From NCBI GenBank assembly GCA_963715865.1, contig OY970280.1, forward strand, positions 2,112,001 through 2,176,000: a stretch of DNA of 64,000 nucleotides. Reading direction: 5' to 3'. The position numbers and the translations under genes were made by a program. Shown here piece after piece: positions 1 to 10,606 of this stretch (the stretch's first letter is position 1; each line of letters opens with the position of its first letter). The notes beneath the pieces are model-generated. The model searched no databases, was not told the origin of the DNA, and worked only from the letters and a program-made list of their open reading frames with translations. Source of the stretch: Candidatus Bathyarchaeota archaeon (GTDB lineage Archaea; Thermoproteota; Bathyarchaeia; Bathyarchaeales; Bathycorpusculaceae).

Positions 1-38
1 TGCCTTGGTTTTCAGCACATGCCGACGCCCTTTGTATT

Positions 39-1109
39 TTGACAATTCTGGCTTTTTCAACAATATTCTTCGTTAATCTAGAAAGCGGATCTCTTTGGGC
101 TGCCGACGAGCAAACGTACTCTCAATGGGCATTCCACATGGTTAAGAGCGGAGACTACCTGACGCCTTGGGCTTTTGGCACTTTAACATTCTGGGTAAGT
201 AAACCGCCGCTCTTCATGTGGCTGATGTCTCTTGCCTACCAAGTCTTCGGGGTTAGTAATTTCTCCTCAAGGCTTTGGAGTCCCATATTCGGCACCTTAT
301 CCTTAGTTCTTGTCTTCTATTTGGGAAAGAAACTCTATAACTCGTACGTAGGGTTTCTGTCGGCTATAGTTTTAGGGACGTTTACAACCTTCTTCGCGTT
401 TGCAAGACACGCTATGACTGATGTTCCTTTCGTCTTCTTCATGTTAGCTAGCACATACTTTTTTGTTTTAAGCGAGAAAACAGAAAATACTAATCGATAC
501 GTGGCTTTAAGCGGCCTGTTCTTTGGCTTGGCGTTAATGACAAAGCAGATTGAAGCCTTGTTACTTCCGCTAATCATGTTTATCTATTTAGCGGCCACAA
601 AGAAAAGCATCCGGTTTCTCTTCACAAAACGCTTTACTCTTTTTTTGGGAATTGGGTTTCTATTTTTTTCCCCTTGGCTGATCTACATGAACTTTCGTTT
701 TGGATCGGAGTTTTGGCAGTCCTATTTCGTGTATAGCGCCGTTACGCGAACGGTTAGTCCTATTGAGGGTCATGGTGGAGGTTACCTCTTCTATTTTAGC
801 TACTTAGCCACTAACGAAATGGTTTGGGCAATATTGCTGCCTTTTGCGGCAGGCCTCTGTGCAGTCAATGCCGTTATTAAGCGTTCAAAAGAAGACACTT
901 TAATTCTTACTTGGATGTCGATTGTGCTTGTAGTGTTCACTTTTGTTCAAACAAAACTTTACTGGTATATCCTGCCAGCTTTACCGGCTTTCGCCATTGC
1001 CATAAGCAGTTTTCTATATCAACTATCAAAGAAAATACATTTCCGCACGCTACCTTCATCTAAATCCCAAAAGGCGGTTGAAATAGCTAAGTTCCAGAAG
1101 CAGCGATAA
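39..1109 (+). CDS. ArnT/PMT-like (GT39/GT83) membrane glycosyltransferase, probably 5'-truncated by the window edge
   Basis: Multi-TM ORF with DE-x-x-Y, KPPL, RL-x-S, TD-x-P, GL-x-x-x-TK and TKLYWYILP motifs typical of lipid-linked sugar transferases. Confidence 0.8.
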   Translation: MTILAFSTIFFVNLESGSLWAADEQTYSQWAFHMVKSGDYLTPWAFGTLTFWVSKPPLFMWLMSLAYQVFGVSNFSSRLWSPIFGTLSLVLVFYLGKKLYNSYVGFLSAIVLGTFTTFFAFARHAMTDVPFVFFMLASTYFFVLSEKTENTNRYVALSGLFFGLALMTKQIEALLLPLIMFIYLAATKKSIRFLFTKRFTLFLGIGFLFFSPWLIYMNFRFGSEFWQSYFVYSAVTRTVSPIEGHGGGYLFYFSYLATNEMVWAILLPFAAGLCAVNAVIKRSKEDTLILTWMSIVLVVFTFVQTKLYWYILPALPAFAIAISSFLYQLSKKIHFRTLPSSKSQKAVEIAKFQKQR

Positions 1110-1178
1110 AGTAAACAGTAAGTTAGTCATTTTCTACGATTAAAAAATGTGCCAGCAGAAGTGAATATTTACATGGGG

Positions 1179-1257
1179 TGGCGGGCCCGCTGGGATTTGA
1201 ACCCAGGACCTCCGGCTCCGCAGGCCGGTGTCATAATCCGTACTAGACGACGAGCCC
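1179..1257 (-). tRNA. tRNA-Arg(GCG)
   Basis: Reverse complement GGGCTCG...CCGGC-CTGCGGA-GCCGG...GGTTCAAATCC...CGGGCCCGCCA folds as a cloverleaf; anticodon GCG; CCA encoded. Confidence 0.95.
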
Positions 1258-1356
1258 AGTGCTTGTTTTTGTGCCCCGAAAATGAGGGCAAAATAGTAAA
1301 TACTTTGCTTAAACTTAAAAATAGTGGTCTAATATGGCATGTGTTATTTTTGTTTC

Positions 1357-1476
1357 TTTAGGAAAAGTTATTTTGAATTGGGTTCCTTTGCCAACTTTGC
1401 TCTCAAACGTTATTCTGCCACCCTGTGCCTCAACTAAGCGTTTAACAACGGCTAAACCGAAGCCTTGCCCTTTAGA
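1357..1476 (-). pseudogene. Orphan C-terminal fragment of a histidine kinase HATPase_c domain
   Basis: Minus frame reads SKGQGFGLAVVKRLVEAQGGRITFESKVGKGTQFKITFP (G2 box), nearly matching the end of the kinase at 36892-40350; no start codon, in-frame stop just upstream. Confidence 0.75.
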
Positions 1477-1759
1477 ATATGTATCTTTTTTGCTATGAAG
1501 ATTAGGTCAAAAAAGAGGGAAGGGAAGGTCAATTTTAACTAGTAAAACTAGGTCCAAAAATGAGGTACCGATAGGTAGCGTGCTATTAGCATGGAAATCA
1601 CTTCAAATTTGAGGTGTAGGGGCAGGCCTCTTTTTAGCTAGGAGAACTACTCTTAAAAAGAGGGTACCCCTTTGGGTCAGCCGCTTGAAGCAAACCTTTG
1701 CATGCTTAGGACAGATGGTTTATTTGCAATTCAAAAAAAAGAAAGTTACTGCTAAACTG

Positions 1760-3362
1760 CTAACTTTTGCTTACGACCCTCTTGAGAGCAGCGATGACGT
1801 TTTGTTTGCCCATAGCAAGCACATATGGACCTAATCGTGGACCCTGCGGCGCGCCCATCAAAATCTTATACAGCGTTTTGAAGAAGCCGCTGGGCTGTAT
1901 GCCGTTGTTTTTTGCAGCGTTAAAGATGGCGTTTTGGATTTTATCCGCTTCATTTTCAGCTTCCAGTTTTGTGATTAACTCGGTGATAGCTTTTTTCTCT
2001 TCGCTTGTCAGGGTTACATCTGTTTCTTTGATTTCTTCAAAGTCCCTAATCCAGTTCAACGCGAACTCAATACGCTGCTTTAAGCCAGCGTCTAAGGCTT
2101 GGTTTTTCTGGAGGTAACCGTAACTTTGCAGTTTCTCAGTCACGTAATCCTCTAGGCATTCTTTGGGCGCCATTTTAACAAGAAACGCCATTAAATTATA
2201 GGGCACGTGAACGCTGGGCTTAGCTGGTGGCTTCATGACATAGCAGTACTCAAACAAGCCGCTAAGCTTCGTGGCTTCTTTTTCGCCTACTTGTTTTTTG
2301 CCGAAATAAACGTCTTCGAGGTAATCAAGCTCATTCATGTATGCTGGAATATCAGATACATCCAAGGTTCGTGTGCCAACAAACCGTTTAAGCATCAGCA
2401 AAAGCAGCGATTGAGGAGAACCGTAACGGAACCACACCTGTGGCGTGAAAACGTTGCCAGCAGATTTGGAAATTTTCTTTCCGCCTTTATCGAGGAACAT
2501 TTCGTATTTTGCGTGCGAAGGCGGCTCAAAACACAGGACTTCACGGCATATTCGATCGTTGATTTTCACTGAGTCAGCGATGTCTTTTCCGTAAGCTTCA
2601 AACCGTATATCCAAAGCTTTCCAGCGAGCTGCAAACTCGCCTTTCCAAGTTAATTTCCCCTCACCTTTAGTTATGTCGGCTTCGCCTTCGTGCCCACAGC
2701 CTTCGATAAGTCTGCCACGGATCTCTAAGCCTTCGCATCTGTAGAGGACTTTATCAGTTTTTGGGTCGAATTTGTAGGCTCTTGTGGTGTAGATGCGTCC
2801 GCAGTTACTGCAGACTGGGAAGAAAGGCAGAACTTCGGTGTAGCGTTCTTGGCCGACTTCTTCTTTGACAATTTCGCCTACTTTCTTGGCATTCAATAGT
2901 ATGGTTCTGATTTCGTTTAGCAGCAAGCCTTTCTCGTAGACTTCCTTAGCTGAAAAGTAGCGGTATTCTATTCCGCACTTATCCAGAGACTCAAGAAGAA
3001 GCGAACTCATGTGTTTACCGTAGCTTTCATGACAACCAAACGGGTCAGGGATACTGGACACTGGATAACCAAGATACTTCTCCAAATCCTTTGATAACCC
3101 AACCGGAACTTTTCGTCAAGCCGTCCTTGTCGTCGCAGTAAGCAACCAACTCAGAATTAAAACCTAAACCCTTCAAAGCAAGCGTAACGGCGTACGAACG
3201 TGCGGCGTCGCCTAGGCTGCCGATGTGTGGGAAACCTGAGGCGCCGAGACCCATCTCCGTGCGGATTTTATCCATGTTTCTGCCTAGCTGACGCTCTCTG
3301 TCGATTACTTTCTTGGCCATCATGTCGTACCATGTGCCGCGTCCAATAGTCTCTTCACTCAT
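1760..3362 (-). CDS. lysS: Class I lysyl-tRNA synthetase (frameshift near 3110 joins ORFs 3045-3395 and 1760-3085)
   Basis: SGFPHIGS (HIGH-like), YGKD, KISKSAGN (KMSKS-like) and QGPRLG motifs of LysRS1. Confidence 0.93.
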
Positions 3363-3429
3363 AACGTTGAGCCTTCTGCAATTGTGACTGTGCATTGGAA
3401 TAGAAAAATGTTTAGAGCCGAAAAAAGGC

Positions 3430-3777
3430 TCAAGGTTTCTTTCGTCTCAAGGCTGCAACGATGGCTATGGCGCCGAGCACAAGCAGTAGTAAAGCTAACG
3501 AGTAAAGATAGCTTGTCTTGAACAGCAACCAAGCACCGCCTAAAGCCATGAGAATCACGCCCATTTCCAGTGTACCGAATGGTTCACGTTCGTATTTCTG
3601 CGGGCTTTGAGCTCTGATGCCGGCAAGGATTAGTAGCCATACTCCAAACAGAACGAAGATTAAAGGGAAAATATTCAGCCAGTCTGCGAACACTTTTGCC
3701 GCGTATAGGAGTATGGCGACTACTGCGATTATGAAGAAAACGCCTATGGAGAGCAGTTGCCGTCTACTTTCAGACAT
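3430..3777 (-). CDS. Small four-TM membrane protein
   Basis: 115 aa, four hydrophobic segments, basic C-terminus; co-oriented with the SPFH gene. Confidence 0.7.
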   Translation of the reverse strand: MSESRRQLLSIGVFFIIAVVAILLYAAKVFADWLNIFPLIFVLFGVWLLILAGIRAQSPQKYEREPFGTLEMGVILMALGGAWLLFKTSYLYSLALLLLVLGAIAIVAALRRKKP

Positions 3778-3789
3778 TACTATGCCATC

Positions 3790-4773
3790 CTACGATATTG
3801 TTGCACCGCATTCGGGGCAGAACTTGGAGCTCGCAGGAATTGAGTGGCCGCATTTGGGACAGTTCATTGTGGCGGCTGAGGGAGGCGTAAGAGAAGTTCC
3901 GCATTCAGGACAGAACTTTGATGTAGCTGGAACATGTGCGCCGCATTTGGGACATATCACTAGTGCAGCTGTGGGCGCTTGTGCCTGAACCTGACCTTGC
4001 TGATTCATAATTTGAGGTATGAGCACCATGCCTGTGCCTAAGCCTGCACCGCCACCGCCTGATTGACCTAGAGACTGCGCTGCACTCTTCACCGTTTCCA
4101 TGCGCAAAACTGTGTCTGCTGGGGTGCTTCCAGTTTTAAGCCAAAACAGCCGTTCACGGTACTCAGGTGTGGTGTCGATGCCTTCGAAACGTAAGTCTGT
4201 TAGCTCGATGCCCACGCGTTTGAAGTAATCTAAGACCGAGTTTTTAACGATCACGGATGTCTCTTGAAGCCTAGTGAAGACCGTAATCAAGTCGTAGTGG
4301 GAAAGTTCTGCAATTATCTTTTCGTTAAGGAAGCCTCGGAGAAAGTTGTTGACATCTTCTGTTGTGTAAGCGTTTTGTCCACCCACAACTTCATTCACGA
4401 ACAGCGAAGCATCTTCGATTTTGAACAGGAATTGCCCAAACACTTTGAGTGGAGCCAACTCAGTGGTTTGTGCACTTGTACCCCATTTGCCATTGAAAAC
4501 TTTAGTGGCGATGTAGATGACTGCCGCTTTAAACGGCTTGTTGCTACCGAACCCTGCCAGACGCGTCAGTAAACTTGTAAGCAAAGGCAAATTCAACGTT
4601 GTCAGTGTGTGCCTGCCAGCATTGAAAACATCATAGGCTTTGCCATCCCTGAAGAACACTGCCATTTCGTACTCGTGCACGATAAGTTGGGCGCCCCATG
4701 TGATATCTTCGTTTGGGTACCTCCAAATTATGTCCTCTGGGCCAGCGTTTGTCCATTCTATTACTTGTGGCAT
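3790..4773 (-). CDS. SPFH/band-7 domain protein with C-terminal double zinc ribbon
   Basis: WGAQLIVHEYEMAVFFRDG and GRHTL SPFH_9-like N-terminus; two CPKCG...CPECG ribbons at the C-terminus. Confidence 0.85.
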   Translation of the reverse strand: MPQVIEWTNAGPEDIIWRYPNEDITWGAQLIVHEYEMAVFFRDGKAYDVFNAGRHTLTTLNLPLLTSLLTRLAGFGSNKPFKAAVIYIATKVFNGKWGTSAQTTELAPLKVFGQFLFKIEDASLFVNEVVGGQNAYTTEDVNNFLRGFLNEKIIAELSHYDLITVFTRLQETSVIVKNSVLDYFKRVGIELTDLRFEGIDTTPEYRERLFWLKTGSTPADTVLRMETVKSAAQSLGQSGGGGAGLGTGMVLIPQIMNQQGQVQAQAPTAALVICPKCGAHVPATSKFCPECGTSLTPPSAATMNCPKCGHSIPASSKFCPECGATIS

Positions 4774-4774
4774 T

Positions 4775-5296
4775 TTAACTCGCTCCTAAGATTACTTCAT
4801 TACGTTGATCAAACGTGTTTTCTAAACTTTCAAGCTTGTCAGTTACATTCTGAACTCTGGTCTTCAGGTTCGTAGTTACGCCGCTGGCTAAATCTGCTTT
4901 AAAAGCGTCAATTTCAGTAGTCAATGCGTTTATTCCGTCTATAAGCTTATTATCGAAATCTATCATGTGATCAAGATTTTCTTCTCTGACTTTGACAGCG
5001 TCAAAAAAGCCGCTGTACCCGTAAGAGGCATGATTAATTTTCTCAACAACACGGTCCATCTTAGCTAACAGGCGATCCATATCTGTCAGGACGTCGAAGT
5101 AGCGGCGGTCAGCCAACTTCTGCGAAATTTCCCTCAGATCTGTCTTTTCAATTGACAGTTTCAGGTACAGGTGATTCCTGATTAGCCTATCGCTTTCGCG
5201 GCGCAGTTCCTTCTCTTTGTAACCGCGGAAACCTGGAATAAACGCGGCTATCCGCTCAGGAAGGCGACATTTGACCTTGAACGTTTGATAATTCAT
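4775..5296 (-). CDS. Hypothetical alpha-helical protein
   Basis: 173 aa ORF abutting the SPFH gene; IPGFRGYKEKELRRESD motif, helical/coiled-coil composition. Confidence 0.75.
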   Translation of the reverse strand: MNYQTFKVKCRLPERIAAFIPGFRGYKEKELRRESDRLIRNHLYLKLSIEKTDLREISQKLADRRYFDVLTDMDRLLAKMDRVVEKINHASYGYSGFFDAVKVREENLDHMIDFDNKLIDGINALTTEIDAFKADLASGVTTNLKTRVQNVTDKLESLENTFDQRNEVILGAS

Positions 5297-5386
5297 CGTT
5301 TTTATCGCTCATTTTACATATCCGCCTTTTTTATTATTCGTTGATAATGAAAAGTCGCTTTTAAAGTTTGTTAGAGCAAATAAAGC

Positions 5387-6133
5387 TTAGAATCTTGAAG
5401 ATGGAATGTCACCTTTTAAGGCTGTTCCACGGTTCCTTCGATTATCAGTTGGTAATCTTTGCCTTTGTATTCATATTTGATGAACCAGATGGGCGCGTGC
5501 AGATAGACTGTCTGTTTCGGGGTTACTTCCGTTTTTATCTCAACTATTTTATCCACGTCCTGCTGGAGAAGGAAGCGATGGTGATCCTCGATTTGTTGCT
5601 TGGCAATTTCCAAGGCGGCATCGCGGTCCATTTCACTGTTTAAGAGTTTGGCGAAGCCTTCGATTTTGCGGAAGTCGAATGGGATTTTGCCTTCCAGAGG
5701 AACCTCGTATTCGTGAGTGGGAAAACCAGAAGCTTCCCGTGCCAAAACCAGCCATTCATATTCCTTGGAGATTGTGCCCTCTTTAACTATGGCTGGAGCT
5801 ATGCGTTCGAATATGCCCTTGTAAGTGCTCTTAGCCTCCACTGAAAACCACCCAAAACGGCAAATAAACCAAGTCTTTCTCAGTAATCTTTGATTTCCTA
5901 GCGAGGTCGCCTGGTTTCAAGAAGCCGCCGCGCATCCAAGCCTGAATCGGCTCATCTATACTTTTTTGATCAAACTTGTTCAGAATAAGCGAATGCTCAA
6001 ACGTGAATGCTTGTCCTGTCTCGATGACTGTGGTGAAGCCGCAGTATTTGCAGGTAGCAATGATTTCTCCTGGTTTAAACTCTACTGGAGCGCCGCAGTG
6101 GCTACACCTGATTTCTTGGGCTACAGCATCCAG
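5387..6133 (-). CDS. Zinc-ribbon protein (N-terminal CSHCGA...CKYCG), frameshifted near 5880 and 5430
   Basis: Minus frame from 6133 reads LDAVAQEIRCSHCGAPVEFKPGEIIATCKYCGF..., continuing after a frameshift into LPFW...VEAKSTY (ORF 5416-5841) and APIWFIKY. Confidence 0.65.
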
Positions 6134-6136
6134 TGT

Positions 6137-7526
6137 TTACGCCTTCAAATGTTCACGTTTCAAGATTTCCCGCGCAACGATTACGCCTGAAGATGAAGAT
6201 TGAATTAAGCCACGTGTTACGCCTGCACCGTCGCCGATGGTGAACATGTTTTGGATTTTGGTTTCCAACGCATTGGTTAGTTGCAGGTGTGAAGAGTAAA
6301 ATTTGACTTCTATGCCGTAGAGCAGCGTGTCTCTTGAGTGGATTCCTGGCGCTATCACGTCTAAGGCTTGAAGCATCTCACGTATGTCTGATAGGTAACG
6401 GTAGGGCAAAACGAAACTTAAGTCTCCTGGTGTAGCGTTCTTCAATGTTGGTACAACTACGCTTCTTGCTAAGCGTTCAGGTGTTGAGCGCCGCCCAGTA
6501 ACTAAGTCGCCTAAGCGCTGAACCATTACTCCTCCGCTTAAGAGGTTTGAAAGACGGGCAACATATTTGCCGTAAGCAATAGGTTCTTTGAAAGGTTCTG
6601 TGAAAGAGGTGCTGACTAGGATGGCGAAGTTTGTGTTATCGGTTTTTCTTTCAGCATAGCTTCCGCCGTTAACTGTTAAGACGCCATCATATGATTCCGT
6701 CGTGACTTCGCCGTAAGGTGAGACACAGAAAGTGCGGACTTGGTCATCGAAGAGTCGTGAGTAATAAACTAGTTTTGGCTCGTAAAGCTCTTTGGTTAGA
6801 TTCTCCATGACTGAAGCTAAAACTTCAACGCGTACGCCGATGTCAACTGGGTTGTTTATGGTTTTTAATCCGCGGACTTGAGCTTCTGTTTGAAGCCATT
6901 CTGCTCCGCTTCTGCCAGGAGCAATTATGACGTATTTGCCTATGGATTTTTTCGCCGTCAACTGTTTCCACTCCTTGGATGAGGTGGTTTTCAGCGATTA
7001 ATCCTTTCACATCTGTTTTTGGTCGGAATGTGATTTTGCCGTTGAGTTCTTTACGCATTCGATGTAGCGTTTCTAGGCATTTTTCTGTGCCCATGTGGCG
7101 AACTTCTTGCCTGATAAGCTTTAAACCCGCAAGTGACGCTTGGCGTTCGATTTCATCTACTTTTTCGCTGTCTCCGCCGTAAACTTGCTCGCTTGCCCCG
7201 AATTTTAGGTAGATGCTATCTACGTATTTTACCAGGGCTTGGAGCTCTTTGGTTGAAACGTACTGGTTTAGCCAACCACCAACTTCTGTTGACAAAGTTA
7301 GTTTTCCGTCACTGTAAGCGCCTGCTCCACCCCAGCCTGAAAGAACTGAGCATGGTTCACAATGGACACATTCGAACCCTCGGCTGGATGGGCATTTGCG
7401 TTTGTCTATGTCTGGTCCTCTGTCGAGTATTAGGACGTTTAAGTTTGTTTTCTCTGTTAGTTCTAGCGCTGAGAAGATGCCTGCTGGTCCTGCACCCACG
7501 ATTATTACGTCATATTTCATAGGCAC
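6137..7526 (-). CDS. NAD(P)/FAD-dependent oxidoreductase (COG2509-like), frameshift near 6950
   Basis: GAGPAG dinucleotide-binding motif, GWGGAGAYSDGKL, GDGAGVTRGLIQS; ORFs 6843-7526 and 6137-6961 form one protein. Confidence 0.88.
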
Positions 7527-7683
7527 TGCCCCCTTGGAACCCAGAACTACATGTAACAGGTGGCATATATTTGTTAGTGCATTTAATCATGGAAGCAGAT
7601 TGTCGATGCTTTTTGGGGAATTGCATAGGTATTTTTAAGATATATCTAAAGAACATTTATAATAATAAAAATGCCAATAGTGC

Positions 7684-8184
7684 ATGAAGAAAAACATGTC
7701 CAATAAGACACAATCCGAAAACATAGATGAATTAATCTCCGACTTCTCACGCTTCTACATACTCACCATACTGTACGAGGGACCAACACACGGTTACAGC
7801 ATAATCAGCAGATTCAAAAAAAGAGTCAAAAAAGAAGTGAGCCCAAGCCTAGTTTACCCGTTCCTGCAGCAACTAGAAGAAAAAGGCTTAGTTAAACACA
7901 CAATAAAACCGGTGGGCGAAAAAGAAAGAAAAATTTTCGAGCTAACACAGGCAGGAAGAGAATTATGCACTGATCTTTTCAAGCGCTTTGCCGAGCTAGT
8001 AGCAATCGCTATTGAACCAAGCCTCTACGTTTGCGCCCACTGCGGATGCAAAGTCTATGAAGGCGGCTACCGAGAAATCATCGATGGCAGAGAGACAGCG
8101 TTCTGCTGCATACATTGCGCTTACTCATATAAGGAAGCAAAGAAACTGGCAAAACAACTAAATGATACTGAGAAGCAAGCGTGA
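7684..8184 (+). CDS. PadR-family regulator with C-terminal TRASH-like Cys cluster
   Basis: HGYSII, SLVYPFLQQLEEKGLV and ELTQAG PadR motifs; C-terminal CAHCGC...FCCIHC. Confidence 0.85.
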   Translation: MKKNMSNKTQSENIDELISDFSRFYILTILYEGPTHGYSIISRFKKRVKKEVSPSLVYPFLQQLEEKGLVKHTIKPVGEKERKIFELTQAGRELCTDLFKRFAELVAIAIEPSLYVCAHCGCKVYEGGYREIIDGRETAFCCIHCAYSYKEAKKLAKQLNDTEKQA

Positions 8185-8238
8185 GCGATGCTAACTTTTT
8201 AAGAAAATAATTGAAAACAAAAAGTTTTTGAAGACTGA

Positions 8239-8517
8239 CTAGTCTTTTATTGCTTCAATAAAACTCATAACATTCCAAAGTTTTACCCGCGTGTAGGGCG
8301 GCATGTTTGGGTCTTGCAAAATTTCATCCAGAAGCGACACGGCGTTTGAAGCTCTCACTGCAGGCGTATATTCAGAGCTTTGCAGGGAATTCATAGCGTC
8401 TTTTGCGGAACGCCTGATGTTTCTTGGCGTTGTGCTGTCCTCAGAAACCTCTCCAAGCACTACTAACGCTTGCTTAATTTTGGCTTCGTATTCTTCAGCT
8501 TTTTTCTTTCGAACCAT
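8239..8517 (-). CDS. UPF0147 family protein
   Basis: EDSTTPRNIRRSA and DPNMPPYTRVKLWNV signature. Confidence 0.9.
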   Translation of the reverse strand: MVRKKKAEEYEAKIKQALVVLGEVSEDSTTPRNIRRSAKDAMNSLQSSEYTPAVRASNAVSLLDEILQDPNMPPYTRVKLWNVMSFIEAIKD

Positions 8518-8594
8518 AAATCGGCACTACCTACTGCACGTCACGCAGTAACTGCTTATATAAGCATTGATACGTATTTACTTTGGGGTTCTAA

Positions 8595-8960
8595 TTGCAA
8601 GAAAAAAAAGAAAACACACCTATTAAACGCATGGCTGACTTGCTAAGGCAAGGCGACACTTTAACCGACCTGTCATGCCCAGTCTGCGCTTCCCCACTCT
8701 TCAGACTAAAAGATGGCACATTATGGTGCGCAAAGGATGAAAAAAAAGTAGTAATAGTTAAAGAAGGCGAAGAACCACCAAAACAAGCCGCAGCCAGCAC
8801 AGCCTACGATAAACTCGAAGCAACACTCTTAGCGAAGATGCAAGATATTACAAGGCAAAATCGAAAAAACCGAAAACTTAGAAGAACTGCAAAAACTCAG
8901 CGTTGCACTATCTGAATTGCTAAACAGCCTGGAAAAGATAAGAAAATGAAGAAAGCCTGA
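8595..8960 (+). CDS. UPF0148 / autoantigen-p27-type zinc finger protein (frameshift near 8860)
   Basis: MADLLRQGDTL...CPVCASPLF...WC motif; divergent from UPF0147 as in many archaea. Confidence 0.8.
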
Positions 8961-8971
8961 GCAGGAATATC

Positions 8972-9466
8972 TTGACACTGGGTTTTTATGAAAATTTCCC
9001 CTCAAACATTCACATGGTTGAGAGCTTTAATTCAACTCTCTCAAGCAAGCAACTTCAACAAAGGCTAATCCAAGTTCTTTATGAAATAAACAGAAAGGAA
9101 TTCAGTTTTGAAGAAGTCGCTAACCCAACCATACCTGAATGTAAATTAATTTTTGAGTTCGGTTTGGCGGACGCTGAAGGCTTCAACTACATTGATGAGG
9201 AAGAAGCTAAAAAAAGTACTGAATCTTGCTTGGGAAAAGAGCATTTGCATACAATGGATTTCTTCTGTGCCATACGTTACTACAAGGGCAATGCAGAAAA
9301 AAAGACCGCGCTAAAATTTGATTATTACCTTCTCCGAACTGTATACAACAGAGACATTTTGGAAATTCAAGTTTTCCATGAAAGAGGCCCAAGATACATT
9401 TCGCCAGAAGATTTAACACTGTTTATCTTTAACAAAACAAATGAAGCCTCAAAAGGAAAATTTTGA
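8972..9466 (+). CDS. Hypothetical protein
   Basis: 164 aa ORF with TTG start in apparent operon; no recognised motif. Confidence 0.65.
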   Translation: MTLGFYENFPSNIHMVESFNSTLSSKQLQQRLIQVLYEINRKEFSFEEVANPTIPECKLIFEFGLADAEGFNYIDEEEAKKSTESCLGKEHLHTMDFFCAIRYYKGNAEKKTALKFDYYLLRTVYNRDILEIQVFHERGPRYISPEDLTLFIFNKTNEASKGKF

Positions 9467-9626
9467 AAAAAGCAAACCCCTAGTTTCCATGCAATGGAAA
9501 GACAACGAGAGATATTTATTCTATATCCGAAAGTTATATTTCTAACAACAGTAATTCCGTAAAAGCGAAACGGCAACAGAACAAGGCAACTCATAAAAGA
9601 ACCAAGAAAACAGGAGCAAAATATAG

Positions 9627-10587
9627 TTGATTCCAATTGAAGTTTCTGCTCTCAAAAAATGCTATGGAGATTTGAAAGCCGTAGATGACATCTCATTCAC
9701 AGTTAACAAAGGTGAAGTTTTCGGTCTTTTAGGTCCAAACGGCGCAGGCAAAACCACCACCATAGAAATTTTAGAAGGCTTGCGAGAAAAGGACGGCGGC
9801 GACGTGAAGGTTCTTGGTCTTGACCCATGGAAAAACGGTTATGAACTTCACAAGAAAATCGGCGTTATACCTCAAGAGTTTACTTTTTTTGAAAAAACAA
9901 CTCCAAGAGAAGCCATAATATATTACGCTGACCTTTTCAACGTTAAAGTTAATCCAGATGAAATTTTAAAAGAAGTTTTGCTTGAGGATTCCGCTAAAGT
10001 CAATTTTGACAGCCTTTCTGGCGGACAAAAACAGAAAACAGGACTTGCTCTCTCACTTGTGAACACGCCTGAACTGCTCTTTCTTGACGAGCCCACCACT
10101 GGATTGGACCCGAACGCTCGAAGAGCAATCTGGGATGTCATACGGGGATTGAAAGCTAAGGGTAAAACAATCATTTTAACCACTCATTACTTAGATGAGG
10201 CACAGCAATTATGCGACAGAGTAGCCATCATGGACCATGGGCACATTGTTGCTATGGGAACCTCAGATGAAATCATTGAAGCAGCATGGGTCAGGAGAAA
10301 GACTTGAAATTCACGGAAGCCGAAAAATTGGCTGATTACATTAAAGCAAACACTGAATTACAAGTTGATTACGATAGAGCACAGAGGAGAAATCAGCATA
10401 CCGCTAAAACAGAAAATTGATGCGCTAGCAGCTTTGGCAGCTGCTGAACAGTCAAAAATGGACTGGGGAGAAATCCAAACACGCCAAGACAGCTTAGACG
10501 ACGTGTTCGTCAAGCTTGTCAGCGGAATGAGTTAATGAACAAGGCGAAATCGCATCTGAAGAAAATGAAAGCAAAACCAACAAATAA
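9627..10587 (+). CDS. ABC transporter ATP-binding protein (DrrA-like), 3' part frameshifted
   Basis: GPNGAGKTT, LSGGQKQ, DEPTTGLDP, TTHY; C-terminal SLDDVFVKL in a shifted frame. Confidence 0.9.
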
Positions 10588-10606
10588 TAAACGGAGGCGC
10601 TAAAAA

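Noticed and set aside
1560-1740. Structured ncRNA downstream of lysS
   Set aside because: Only short imperfect inverted repeats (AAAGAGGGTACCCCTTT) and T-tracts, consistent with terminators
3045-3130. Programmed frameshift or split LysRS
   Set aside because: One of many indels in this region, with no clear slippery site or stimulatory structure; a sequencing error is far more likely in an essential gene
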